From positions 1 through 64,000 of the forward strand of contig NW_021833774.1 of assembly GCF_006345805.1 (NCBI RefSeq): DNA of 64,000 nucleotides, read 5' to 3'. The notes beneath the pieces were generated by a model that was not told where the DNA came from, searched no databases, and worked only from the letters and a program-made list of their open reading frames with translations. Position 1 is the stretch's first letter. Each line of letters begins with the position of its first letter. Source of the DNA: Octopus sinensis. Its lineage: Eukaryota. Below are positions 27,009 through 56,114 of this stretch, piece by piece. The position numbers and the translations under genes are program-made.

Positions 27009-27354
27009 TCAGTGTACTCTGTCAAAAGTTTTTTCTTAGAATTGATAAAGTTGATGACGAACGGTTGCTGGAATTCTACGCACTGAACCGCAACGTTTTG
27101 CAGGACAACAGTTTGGTGCATAATTTTGTTGTCAGGAAGCCTCCTTGCTCTGGCATGAATTCCTCATTCAGTGCTTCTTTCAAATACTATGATAGAACTG
27201 GACAGAAAAACTTACCTGAAACCGAAAGAAAGGTGAGATCACCATTCTTTGATAGCTTAGCTATGACACTCTTTCCCCAGTCTTCCGTTCTCTTTTCTCA
27301 AGAAGTATTATACAATTTGGCTAGCACACGTTCTCTTTTCCCAACAAGTACTCT

Positions 27355-27757
27355 TTACTCTTTTAGTTGTTTAAGTCATTTGACTGTGGCCATGCTGGAG
27401 CACCGCCTTTTAGTCGAGCAAATCGACCCCGGGACTTATTCTTTGTAAGCCCAGTACTTATTCTATCGGTCTCTTTTGCCGAACCGCTAAGTGACGGGGA
27501 CGTAAACACACCAGCATCGGTTGCCTAACAATGCTAGGGGGACAAACACACACACACAAATACACACACATACATATATATATATACACATACATATACA
27601 TATATATGACGGGCTTCTTTCAGTTTCCGTCTACCAAATCCACTCACAAGGCATTGGTCGGCCCGGGGCTATAGCAGAAGACACTTGCCCAAGATGCCAC
27701 GCAGTGGGACTGAACCCGGAACCATGTGGTTCGTAAGCAAGCACAGCCACTCCTGCT
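27355..27757 (-). mobile_element. SINE family A (further copies 39710..39983 +, 43272..43690 +, 46430..46857 -, 50548..50975 +, 56740..57147 -, 61870..62283 -)
   Basis: Direct match to the family A consensus with internal microsatellite. Confidence 0.85.
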
Positions 27758-29026
27758 GTGTATTATACAATTTGGTTAACTCTTGCACCACGATCTTTCC
27801 TCCATTGTTCAGTAACCCAGCTGAGATCTGATCTAGTCCAAGGATTTCATTGCCCTTAGTTTCTTGTTGATGACATCATATCCAATAATGGTTGCACTTA
27901 TCACACTTATAGCAGAACGTCCAAGCTCGTAAAAGACATTCTTCACTACATTTGATCGGCTGATCGGCTGCCAGCACCACTACCACAACTCCCATCACGA
28001 CCACCACTATCACCACCATCACCAGCCGTTCAAGAATTTGGACCCGGAGATCTCCATTTCCAGCGACTTCGAGGGCCACCTCCCAGTGGTGTCGGGCTTC
28101 AACGAAGAGCCCTCGACTACAACAAGACGACCAAAGATTTCTTTCCAAGGTCTGGGGTCTTCCGCCCCCTAAGCCCTAGACCATCACCTAATCACCCTTA
28201 ACGTCTTGTTGGTTAACAACAGCAGCCGTCCAAGAATTTGTACCTGGAGGTCTCCATTTCCAGCGACTTCGAGGGCCACCTTCCAGTGGTGTCGGGCGTC
28301 AACGAAGAGCCCTCGACTACAGCAAGACGACCAAAGGTTTTTTTTTCCAAGGTCTGGGGTCTCCCGCTCCTAAGCCCTAGACCACCACCTAATCACCCTT
28401 ACCCGCATGTTGCTTAACAACAACAACAACCATCACCAATACCACAAATAAAATTCCCCCAATTATAGTAAAATGTATTCATTTTAACAACCAGCTGGAC
28501 GGCTTCATTATAAAATTATAAAATGTCGGGCTTTATTCATAAACGACAGTGTGACTTCAGCTAATTCTGGAGGAACAATTTACACAAATGATTTGTGTAT
28601 AGTGATCAATTGTATGCAATGTCCATTAGCTCACATCCTCTAACTAATCGACGTTGAAGGATAGGGGAACTGTGTACAACATATGAAGAAGCGAAATGGC
28701 CTCGGTACAGCGGGATGTAAAATGCTTTGCTCAAGAACACATCCCACGCTGTGCGTTGTCTCTAACCAAAAGGCCACGCAGTATTACTCATAGTAAAATA
28801 TTAACAATAGTACAGCAATGCGGGGCGCAATGTGCAAAACAATTACTTTCCGGTTCGCTGTTCACACGGCCATTTTATTTTTGCAACTGGTTTAACAGGT
28901 TAAAAAGAAATAAAGATTGTACAGGTGTGCAACGTCACAGTTTGCACAGGCCTTCGGCTGATGGTTCCCTTTATCTGGACAAAGGTGTTCTTCAGCAAGT
29001 ATTGACCAAAAAAATAAAATTTAAAA

Positions 29027-29069
<43 letters not shown>

Positions 29070-29093
29070 TATTAATTATTATTATTATTATTA

Positions 29094-32000
29094 CTTTTTT
29101 TTTCTTCTTTCAAATTTTCTTCCATTTCTTGCCGAGTGTCTTCCCGACTCCTAGGGCAAAGAAACTCATAGTGTATATTGGTAGGCCATTAAACCAAACT
29201 CAGTAGTTCGTTCATTTTTTTTTTTTTTAATTTTTTTTTTAAAGTTAAATTAAAATGCCTGAGCAGCAACAGTTCTCACATCGACAATGCTCTTCTCAAT
29301 ACGTGTGATGTACCAGTTAAGACAATCTTTTGCACTTCTTGCAGGGATGGTAAGCCAGGGATCATTCTCATATAATTTTCGGTTCCCTTCTTGATCATTC
29401 CTAGTGCTCCTACGATCACTGGTATTGTAACCGCCTTGAGATGCCACATTTTCTCAATTTCAATGAGTAGGTCTTTATATTTTCTGAGCTTGTCAAACTC
29501 TTTCGCTGAGATATGATCACAGGGGATGCTCATGTCGATCAATAAGCAAACTTTATTGTTTTGGTCTTTCACAACAATATCTGGTTTATTGGTCTTGATG
29601 GTTCGGTCTGTATGTACTGGAAAGTCCCACAGAATGGTTACATTTTCTCCTTCAGTTACAGCCTCAGGGTGGTGATTATACCACTTGTCGGCAGTTTTGA
29701 TATTGTAATGCCGACTTATTAGCCAGTGGAGATATTGGCCAACTCTGTCATGTCTTAATTTATACTCCACTGGTGCTAAGACTTTACATCCAGAGATTAG
29801 GTGGTCCACTGTTTCAATCATGTCGTTGCAGAATCGGCATTTTGGGTCTGCTCCATTTTTCATCACATTGGCCTGGTAGTTCCGGGTTGATAGGCTTTGG
29901 TCTTGAGCAGCCAGGATGAAACCTTCGCTCTCTGCTTTTAGCCCTGAGCTCCGCAGCCACTGATGGGTTTGCTTCTGGTCAACATCAGCTTGTTTGCTGC
30001 GGGTCACATATTTGCCGTGCAGAGGTTTCTCCTCCCACCTATCAGCCAATTGCTCGTGCGCTTTTTTCATTGCCATCATTTTCACCTTCTTTGCAACAAT
30101 AGTTGCCGTACTTCCCTCGGGTTGTTCAGTTTGGGTATCCTGCACGAGATCAATAGCAAATTTTTTGCTTTCCTTGATGATAGAATGAAGCTTCTTTCGT
30201 CTCTCGTGATTTTCCACGAGCTTTAGCATCCAGTCATTCGATATTTCGAGATATTTGGCCAGTCCAATTGTGGTTGTTTTGTAAGCTAGTTCAAATTGGA
30301 TCAGGCCTCGACCTCCTTGGGCTCTGGGAAGGTAAAGGCAATCTACGTCTGCCTTTGGGTGGTGCATCCTATTACAACTCAGCAGCTTGCGTATTTTTCT
30401 ATCTATATTCTTTACTTCACTCATATTCCAGTTCAACACATTGTAGCTATAAGTAACAACTGGAACTGCTAGGGAATTTATAGCTAACACCTTGTTACGT
30501 GCATTTAGTTCAGATTTCAGGACTGCACGAACTCTCCTATAACATTCCTTCCTGATTTTCTCTTTCATGCTTGCATGCTGAATACCAGAGCCTTCATTTA
30601 TCCCTAAATATTTGTATGTTTGTTCTTGCTCAAGCTCTCTTATGACTGTGTCAACATCTAACACGACTGAATTTGTGGTCTTCACTTTCCCTTTCTGGAA
30701 AGTGGCCTTGGCACACTTCTCAAGTCCAAACTCCATCCCGATGTCATCGCTGAATGATTTCACGGTGCGCAATAGGCCTTCAAGTTCATTATTGTCTTTA
30801 CCATAAAGTTTTAAGTCATCCATATAAAATAGATGGCTTATTTTTTTATTGGCAATTTTATACCCATACCTTGTTCTGTTTAATTCACTTGTAAGGGGTA
30901 TTAGGGCTATGCAGAATATTAAAGGTGAAAGTGAGTCACCTTGAAAAATTCCACAGTTGATGTTTATATTTTCTGAGGCAAGTACTCCATTAGAGTGGTA
31001 TAATTGGAGATTCGTATTCCACAACGACATATTGTGCTTCAGGAAGTTTGAAATCACAGGGGAAATTTTGAAGATGTCCAGCGATCTCAAGATCCATGGA
31101 TGCGGTATACTGTCGAAGGCCTTTTTATAGTCAATCCATGCGGTGCTGAGATTTCTGCGCTTGTTGTGACAGTTCTCAAGGATCATACGATTGATTAGCA
31201 GTTGATCTACGATTGATTAGCCTTTCTTAGGTCTGCTATTGTGATGTCTTCCCATGCTTGTTGTTGTAAATTTTGGTAGGATCCTTCAGTTTGTATAATC
31301 CAGTCTGCATTTATGTTGTACGTCTTCTTGTCACTCCAAATCCTTTTCCAAAAGTTTTGAACTTCTTCCATGGGAGGGGGGTCTTTAACGGTTACTTTCT
31401 CCTTCCCTATTTCTCTGTAGAATTTTTTGGCATTGGATGTGAACAGCTTATTTTGCTTGTAAAACTTGTTTCTCTTCTCAAATCTTCGTATTCTTTGGGC
31501 TTTTGCTTGGACTTTTTGTTTCAGCGTTTCTTTTATTGATATCAGTTCTTCTCTTGGTGAGGATCCAAATTTTCTCTTCATCTTTCTTCCTGTTCTGGAT
31601 CTTACATTATTTCCACATATTAGTTCATTTAATATTGATATTTCCCCTCTCATAAATTCAATCTCTTTTTCAATTTTACTTCTCCAGGTTTGATTTCTTC
31701 CCAGGTTTTGTTTTCTTTGTTTTTTCGGGGGCATACAGCTGGTTTCAATTGCCCTAGCAGAAGCGTAAATAATTTCATTTAACTCAGTAAAATCAGGTTT
31801 TAATTCTCGTATTATTTCATTTGTTACATAGTTGCCAATTTGGATTTGTTTTTTATTTTGGTTTGTATTTGAGAGTTTATGAAGCGGTTCTCTATCATTC
31901 ATACTTGTATGTCTTACAACTTCAAGCGTATTCAGGATTTTCTGCCTCATTTCTGCTATAGACTCTCTGTGTTCTTCAGCAAATGCGAGATCTTCAGTTA

Positions 32001-32700
32001 CTGTTGTTTTTTCGTTTTCCTGGCTATCTTTAACAGGTACAATAGAATTTCTTGTATCTTCAGGCCTTTGCGTACTTTGGTCAGATGGCAGTCTTTCAAT
32101 TAAGCCTCGTGGCGGGCTATACTGTTCATCTGATTCTTCATTTCCTTTGTGTCTTATATTATGTCATTTTCCGTTGCGTGTTTGATCGCGCTTATTTCAC
32201 TGTCTGTGAGTCTGTTATTTCTAAAGATATCCCTCCTCACATTTGCTAATTTGTTCTCGTCCAAATAGGGCCTACTGTCTTGATTCCGTGTTCTCCATAT
32301 ACTGTAAGAGTTTGCGGTGTGTCTCTCTTGAGATGGCCTACCTAATGCATAGTAATAAGCGTATATTACTTCTTTATACTCTTCTCGGGTCCATTTGTCC
32401 CGCTTACATTTTTCTTTCTGTGGTGGTTGTGGTGGTGAACTTGGAGGGCTCGAGTTGGGGGATTTCCCGTTGAAGTGACCATCCATATCCGTATTCGGAG
32501 AAGAGTTTGTGCCAGTTGATGACTTTTCGATCCCAGGCTGGCTCTTCCCTGGGGGACGCGCTTCCAGATTAACCATAGGACAAGCGATTTGGTATACTGA
32601 TTTAGTTTTCCATTTAGTTTCCAAAAACATTTTGGTGCTACGATAATGTTATCATTTTTTTAGCTTTGATTGGCTCGTGGGGAGACGGCCATCATTGCCG
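29094..32700 (-). mobile_element. R4/Dong-like non-LTR retrotransposon (RT + CCHC + restriction-like endonuclease), near full length with internal deletion
   Basis: 636-aa ORF 29276..31186 (WIDYKKAFDS, GIFQGDSLSP, YMDDLK, CRFC..ETVDHLISGC, RHD, KPDIVV..IDMSIP). N-terminal pieces at 31207..31950 and 32154..32630 (KWTREEYKEV). (TAA)n tail. Confidence 0.9.
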
Positions 32701-32879
32701 TTACAATTATAATCGTACCATTATAGTAGCCGTAGTCGGCTTATTATTGTAATTATCATCACCATTACCATCACTATCATCATTATCACCACCATTACCA
32801 TCATCATTATCATCATCACCATCATCATCACCATCACCACCATCATCATCAATGATATTGTTTTATGTGTAGTCACAGC

Positions 32880-33825
<946 letters not shown>

Positions 33826-36800
33826 CTAGGATGCATCACCCAAAATCTGACATAGAAAGACTATATATACAACGTATAGAAGGTGGTAGAGGCCTTATAC
33901 AGCTGGAAAACTACTATAAATAACCACCATAGGACTGCAAAAATACCTACTTCAGAAGTAAGGAAAACTGATCCAGATAGCAGCAAAACACGAGCAAAAC
34001 AAAAAACTGTTCTCAGTATTTAAGGAAGCTGACAAATACAAACAAGAAATCATACCACCTAATAAACACGAAGAAGAAGAAGAAGATGAAGAAACAACAA
34101 AAGCTATAAAACAAATGAAATCCAAGCTAAAAATTGAACAGCAACGAACAATGATAAAACGATGGCAAGAAAAACCCCTTCATGGTAAATACTGCACTAA
34201 ACTAAACGCAAAAGAAATAGACAAAGAAAAATCCCAGCAATGGTTGAGAAGCTCAGGACTCAAAGCAGAAACAGAGGGATTTTTAATTGCAGCACAAGAC
34301 CAAAGCGTCCCCACCAGAAATTACCAAAAACATGTAATGAAAAGAAATATTACAAGTAAGTGCAGAATATGTGGAGATGGACAAGAAACAATAAATCATA
34401 TTATCTCTGGCTGCCCAGTCCTGGCTAAGAAGGAATATATTCACAGACATGACAGGGTTGGAACCTACATACATTGGAAGCTATGCCAACATTATGGAAT
34501 AACAACAGAAAAAAGATGGTATAGGCACACACCAGAAAAGGTCACAGAAAACGAGAAAGCAACCATACTCTGGGATATGCCGATACACACAGATAGAGAA
34601 ATTAAGGCCAACAGACCAGATATAGTTGTCAGAGATCATGAAGAAAAAAAATGCTTTCTAATTGATGTATCAATACCAGCAGATGACAAGGTGTCTCTAA
34701 AAGAAATGGAGAAACTCTCAAAATACAAAGACCTGGAAATAGAGGTAACTAGAATGTGGAATCTGAAAACAGAAACAATTCCTATCATAGTAGGTGCATT
34801 AGGCATGATAAAAAAATATTCAGACAAATACATAACAAAAACACCAGGACTTACAAACACATATAACATACAGAAAATTGCACTACTAAGCACTGCACAC
34901 ATCCTACGCAGAACACTTTCCATACAATAACCATCAGAGCATCACAACAAATCACAGCACATACCCAAGGCACACAGAGCTGCGCTCGGTAGTGAAGTGA
35001 AAGCACGCTATAAAAATAGAACTACTGAATAATAATAATAATAATAATAATATAATAATAATAATAAGTAGCACCAACAATTATAAAATTCATAGGACAC
35101 TCTATGAATAAATGGCAAACAGTGCTACAGCTCCAAACAAAAGAGAGACTCATGAAAACCAAAGCCATCCCCATTAGAAGAGGAATATTCCAGGGAGACA
35201 CGCTCTCCCCACTCCTTTTCTGCTTGGCACTGTCACCTCTATCTGATATGCTAAATAGAACTGGATGCGGATATAAATGTTACGGCAAAACGATCAGCCA
35301 CCTTTTATATATGGATGACCTAAAATTATACGCTGCAAATGACAAACAGCTGGAAACACTATTAAAGACAGTTCATGGATTTACCAAAGAAATAGATATG
35401 AAATTTGGATTAGAAAAATGCGCCAAAGTAACCCTGAAAAGAGGAAAACTAGTTAAGAGTAGCAACATCACACTAGATAAACCAATGAAATAAAAGAATT
35501 AGACCAAAGCCAAACTTACAAATACTTAGGAACCCATGAACTAGATAAGACACAACACACACAAATGAAAGAAAATAAAAAAAGAATATTATAGACGAGT
35601 TAGATCAATACTAAAAACAGAGCTCAATGCTAAAAACAAGATAATAGGTATTAACACTTTAGCTGTCCCAGTTATAGGTTACAGCTACAATATCCTTAAC
35701 TGGACACTAAATGAACTGACCAAAATAGATAGGAAAACAAGAAAAATAATGACAGGATCTAGGATGCATCACCCAAAATCTGACATAGAAAGACTATATA
35801 TACAACGTATAGAAGGTGGTAGAGGCCTTATACAGCTGGAAAACTACTATAAAATAACCACCATAGGACTGCAAAATATCTACTTCAGAAGGAAGGAAAA
35901 CTGATACAAATAGCAGCAAAACACGAGCAAAACAAAAAACTGTTCTCGGTATTTAAGGAAGCTGACAAATACAAACAAGAAATCATACCACCTAACAAAT
36001 ATGAAGAAGAAGAAGAAGATGAAGAAACAACAAAAGCTGTAAACCAAATGAAATCCAAACTAAAATTGGAACAGCAAAGAACCATGATAAAACGATGGCA
36101 AGAAAAGCCCCTTCATGGTAAATACTGCACTAAACTAAACGCAAAAGAAATAGACAAAGAAAAATCCCAGCAATGGTTGAGAAGCTCAGGACTCAAAGCA
36201 GAAACAGAGGGATTTTTAATTGCAGCACAAGACCAAAGCGTCCCCACCAGAAATTACCAAAAACATGTAATGAAAAGAAATATAACAAGTAACTGCAGAA
36301 TATGTGGAGATGGACAAGAAGCAATAAATCATATTATCTCTGGCTGCCCAGTCCTGGCTAAGAAGGAATATATTCACAGACATGACAGGGTTGGAACCTA
36401 CATACATTGGAAGCTATGCCAACATTATGGAATAACAACAGAAAAAAGATGGTATAAGCACACACCAGAAAAGGTCACAGAAAACGAGAAAGCAACCATA
36501 CTCTGGGATATGCTGATACACACAGAGAAATTAAGGCCAACAGACCAGATATAGTTGTCAGAGATCATGAAGAAAAAAAATGCTTTCTAATTGATGTATC
36601 AATACCGGCAGATGACAACGTGTCTCTAAAAGAAATGGAGAAACTTTCAAAATACAAAGACCTGGAAATAGAGGTAACCAGAATGTGGAATCTAAAAACA
36701 GAAACAATTCCTATCATAGTAGGGGCATTAGGCATGATAAAAAATATTCAGACAAATACATAACAAAAACATCAGGACTTACAAATATATACAACATACA

Positions 36801-36958
36801 GAAAATTGCACTACTAGGCACTGCACACATCCTACGCAGAACACTTTCCATACAATAACCATCAGAGCATCACAACAAATCACAGCACATACCCAAGGCA
36901 CACAGAGCTGTGCTCGGTAGTGAAGTGAAAGCACGCTATAAAAATAAAACTACTGAAT
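33826..36958 (+). mobile_element. Two tandem 5'-truncated copies of a second R4/Dong-like family (33826..35030 and 35067..36958)
   Basis: Near-identical ORF ends (CRICGDGQETINHIISGC, RHD, RPDIVV..IDVSIP) and 3' UTRs, each ending in (AAT)n; frameshifts present. Confidence 0.9.
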
Positions 36959-36974
36959 AATAATAATAATATCA

Positions 36975-37047
<73 letters not shown>

Positions 37048-37203
37048 CATTATTATTATTTCTTTAGTGCCCACAGGAGGCTAAACATAGAGGGGACAAA
37101 CAAGGAAAGACGATTGGATTAAGTCGATTGCATCGACCCCAGTGATTAACTGGTACTTATATAATCGACCCCAAAATAACAATAATAATAATAATAATAA
37201 TAA

Positions 37204-37259
<56 letters not shown>

Positions 37260-37377
37260 ATAATGATAATAATAATAATAATAAAAATAATAATAATAAT
37301 GATAATAATAATAATAATAAAAATAATAATAATAATGATAATAATAATGATGATAATAATAATAATAATAATAATAA

Positions 37378-37436
<59 letters not shown>

Positions 37437-37869
37437 AGAAGAAGAAGAAGAGAAGAAGAAGAAGAGGAAGAAGAAGTAGAATGATAATAATAATGATAAT
37501 AATAATGATAATAATAATGATAATAATAATGATAATGATAACAATAATAACAATAATAAAAATCCTTTCTGCTGGAAGCACAAGACCTCAAATTTGGGGG
37601 AAGAGATTAACTCGATTGCATAGACCTCAATGCGTGACTGGTACTTAATTTATCGACCTCTGAAACGATGAAAGGCAAAATCGATTTCGGCGGAATTGGA
37701 GCTCATTATGCAGCGGCAGACGAAATACCGCTAAACTTTTAGTCCGGCGTGTTAATGATCTGCCAGTTCGCAGTAAGTGGTACTTGTTTAATCGACCCCG
37801 AAAGGATGAAAGGCAACGTCCACCGCGGTTATAAGAAATGCTACTAACGATTCTGCCACCTCCTTGTTT

Positions 37870-38760
37870 TTTCTAATAACTCTTTCTAATTTTGGCACAA
37901 AGCCAGCAATTCTGGATGGGATCAACTACGACTCGTTTTAACGACCCCGAAAGGACGAAAGGCAAAAATCGACCTTAGCTAAATTCGAACCCAGAACGTA
38001 AATCTGCTGACGATTCTGCCACCTTTCCGCCTTTCTTATTTTGATACAAAGCCAGCAATTTTGAGGGGGTGGGGAAGTCAATTACATCGACCCCAGGGCT
38101 CAACTACGACTCGTTTTAACGACCCCGAAAGGACGAAAAGCAAAATCGACCTCAGCTAAATTCGAACCCAGAACGTAAACCTTCTGACGATTCTGCCACC
38201 TTTCCGCCTTTCTTATTTTGATACAAAGCCAGCAATTTTGAGGGGGTGGGGAAGTCAATTAGATCGACCCCAGGGCTCAACTACGACTCGTTTTAACGAC
38301 CCCGAAAGGACGAAAAGCAAAATCGACCTCAGCTAAATTCGAACCCAGAACGTAAACCTGCTGACGATTCTGCCACCTTTCCGCTTTTCTTATTTTGATA
38401 CAAAGCCAGCAATTTTGAGGGGATGGGGAAGTCAATTACATCGACCCCAGTGCTCAAGTGTGACTCGTTTTAACGACCCCGAAAGGACGAAAGGCAAAAT
38501 CGACCTCAGCTAAATTCGAACCCAGAACGTAAACCTGCTGACGATTCTGCCACCTTTCCACCTTTCTAATAACTTTTTCTAATTTTGATACAAACTCCGC
38601 AATTTTGAGGGGATGGGGAAGTCAATTACATCGAACCCAGTGCCCAACTACGACTCGCTTTAACGACCCCGAAAGGACGAAAGGCAAAATCGACCTCAGC
38701 TAAATTCGAACCCAGAACGTAAACTTGCTGACGATTCTGCCACCTTTCCGCCTTTCTAAT
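37870..38760 (-). repeat. ~180-bp minisatellite (5-6 units) derived from SINE family D
   Basis: CGACCCCGAAAGGACGAAA(A/G)GCAAAATCGACC recurs about every 180 bp; reverse complement of the family D body. Confidence 0.75.
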
Positions 38761-39181
38761 AATGATAATATTTCTGCTCTAAGCACAAAGCTGTATTAAT
38801 AATACTAGTGATGTCGATGATGATGCTTTTCTGGTTATTCACCAAGGCTTGGCGGACGCAACTTGGCGAGTCTGCTACAGGAGGAAGCAAGATTCCATAG
38901 ATCAAATTTTGATTGAATACATCAGTAGAACCCCACACCCAGAAAAATGTTATAAGTATACAAATATAAGAGGAAAATTTAAAAAGGAAAAAGAAAATTG
39001 ACGCTGGTGGGAAAGAATGAGAAAAGAAGAGAAATAATGAGAAAAGAAGAGAAAGAATGAGAAAGGAAGAGAAAGAATGGAGGAGAAAATCTGGACTGAC
39101 GCCTTTTATTATTCTAAAGAATAAATAAACTTTTGAAATTCTATTTTTGTCTTTTCTATTTAATAAACTGTGTTTCATCAA

Positions 39182-39421
39182 CCAATCAGATTTCGATATA
39201 TTTTCGTCATTGATTAATCATCCTCCTTATCATATGAATGCGATAATACAATTTGATTGTTATGGCTCTTTGTTACCCCCAGGAGACCATATCCTGTTAC
39301 ATGGTGTTTCTCGGAAAAGCTTTCGTTATATAAAGGTGTGAGACTCGGGGAAGATTGTCAAACGATCAACTTTGGATCGCGAGCTGCTGTCTGAATTTTA
39401 TCGTTTACGAAGAGACGAAAA
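39182..39421 (+). promoter_or_regulatory. Promoter B: CCAAT box (39182-39186), TATA box TATATAAA (39327-39334), core promoter/5' UTR
   Basis: Motifs seen directly; 39315..39421 matches 13201..13307 at 106/107 nt. Confidence 0.72.
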
Positions 39422-39432
39422 TATTTCCAACC

Positions 39433-54520
<15,088 letters not shown>

Positions 54521-54671
54521 ACTTCACCGTTTTGAATGAAAAATGGAATTTCTTAAATCAATTTTGATAGTGCCGTTCAAAAGGAAAAGATCCGAAAAAT
54601 TTTATAAAGCATTGACAATCAATTATCATCCTCTTGGATAATTTTATGTCATTTAAACGAATTTTTCATGT

Positions 54672-54677
54672 AATAAA
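54672..54677 (+). terminator. Likely polyadenylation signal AATAAA of the VWA/CBM14 gene
   Basis: AATAAA about 150 nt after the stop codon, followed by a T/GT-rich tract (tttgttttgttcgtttc). Confidence 0.55.
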
Positions 54678-55131
54678 ATGCAAAATTAAATCTGTTGTTA
54701 CGTTTATAAATTTGTTTTGTTCGTTTCTTGATATGAAATCATGTGTTGAAACAGAAGATATTATATTTTGAGAGGGTCATTTAGGGTTAGGGTTAGGTTG
54801 AGGGTTAGTGACAGGATGTTGTCTCAGTTTTAGACGCAGCAAATGATTTTAGCTCAATGGAGGTAATCGATTGGTTAAATTGCCGAAATGCTCGAAATTT
54901 CAGACGAAATACCTTACAAACTATAGAATTTTCTCAATAAAACCAAGAGAAAATGATGTTTTATAAACACATTCTACCAGTATACGAAGTTAAAAACTTT
55001 TTAGTTACCTACAAATTATGTTACAAACTGCCGTTGAAAAGGAAAAGATCCGAAAATTTTTACAAAGCATTGTCAATCAATTATCATCCTCTTGAATAAT
55101 TTTATGTCATTTAAACGAATTTTTCATGTAA

Positions 55132-55521
55132 TCTTTATATTTTAAAGTGAGGTTGTGTGCTGTCTGTCTCCTACGATTTAGATTCCTAACTACTCCCACA
55201 TTTTGCGGTGCAGTTTAACCAAAACCGGGTATCTTATAGTCGTGATTCATATCGAGCCCTTCTGGGTATTAGCGCGCGTCTACGATGAGTCTACGATTTA
55301 AAATAAAATTTACCATAATTTTTTTCCATTTTAATGCATTTTTTCGCTATTATATAAGGCAAGTAACTCTCTAAAAATGTCTACGATGAGTCAAGGATTT
55401 TAAAAATAATTTACCATCATTTTTTTTCCATTTTTTTGCTATTTTTTGGCTATAACTCTCTAAAAATGCTTATATAGTTATTTCCCTTACAAACCGGAGC
55501 AACGCCGGGCGATACTGCTAG
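55132..55521 (+). mobile_element. Non-autonomous Helitron with both ends and the insertion site resolved
   Basis: catgtaA|TCTTT...CTGCTAG|Taaaat; the empty-site paralog catgtaA|Taaaat is at 54667..54680. Confidence 0.9.
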
Positions 55522-55690
55522 TAAAATATAAAATTAAATCTGTTATTACGTTTATAAATTTGTTTTGTTCGTTTCTTGATATGAAATCATGTGTTGAAAC
55601 AGAAGACGTTATATTTTGAGGGGGTCATTTTTTTCTTGCCAAATAAACACGCACACTACATATATATTCCTTCGTTACTCCTTTATTATT

Positions 55691-56114
55691 GGGATCTTTT
55701 CGGTTTGACCGGCAGTTTTTTTAAATAATTTCCACGTAACTAAACACTTTTAAACTTCGTGTACTGGTAGAATGTGTTTATAAAACATCTTTTTCTCTTG
55801 GCTTTATTGAGAAAATTCTATAGTCTGTAAGATATTTGTTGTTTTTTTTTCTTCAATTTCTGCAATTTCAACCAATCACTGATATCCATTGAGGTAACAA
55901 AAACATTCTGTGCCGTATGAATATGTCCCTCGTTTAAGAAACAGATTGGGTTTATTTACATTTGTGAAGAAAAAAAGATACCCTTCCCCCACCCCTAACT
56001 AATGCTAACCCTAAAACAGTTTGAAATGCAATAGATCGATACTAGGGTCATAATTATGGGTAACAATTTCATATGACACCGCTACAAAAACTGCCGTTCA
56101 AACCGAAAAGTTCC
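55691..56114. mobile_element. MITE with ~30-bp TIRs and a probable 4-bp TATT target-site duplication
   Basis: TATT|GGGATCTTTTCGGTTTGACCGGCAGTTTTT ... AAAAACTGCCGTTCAAACCGAAAAGTTCC|TATT. Confidence 0.7.

Noticed and set aside
28060-28125. Possible HDV-like ribozyme
   Set aside because: P2- and P3-like pairings exist, but there is no convincing P1 or catalytic C in J4/2, and a competing simple hairpin explains the complementarity.
54781-54810. TTAGGG-like repeats (also ~44328, ~57890, ~59690)
   Set aside because: Only 2-4 imperfect units, embedded in MITE bodies; not a telomere or a true interstitial array.
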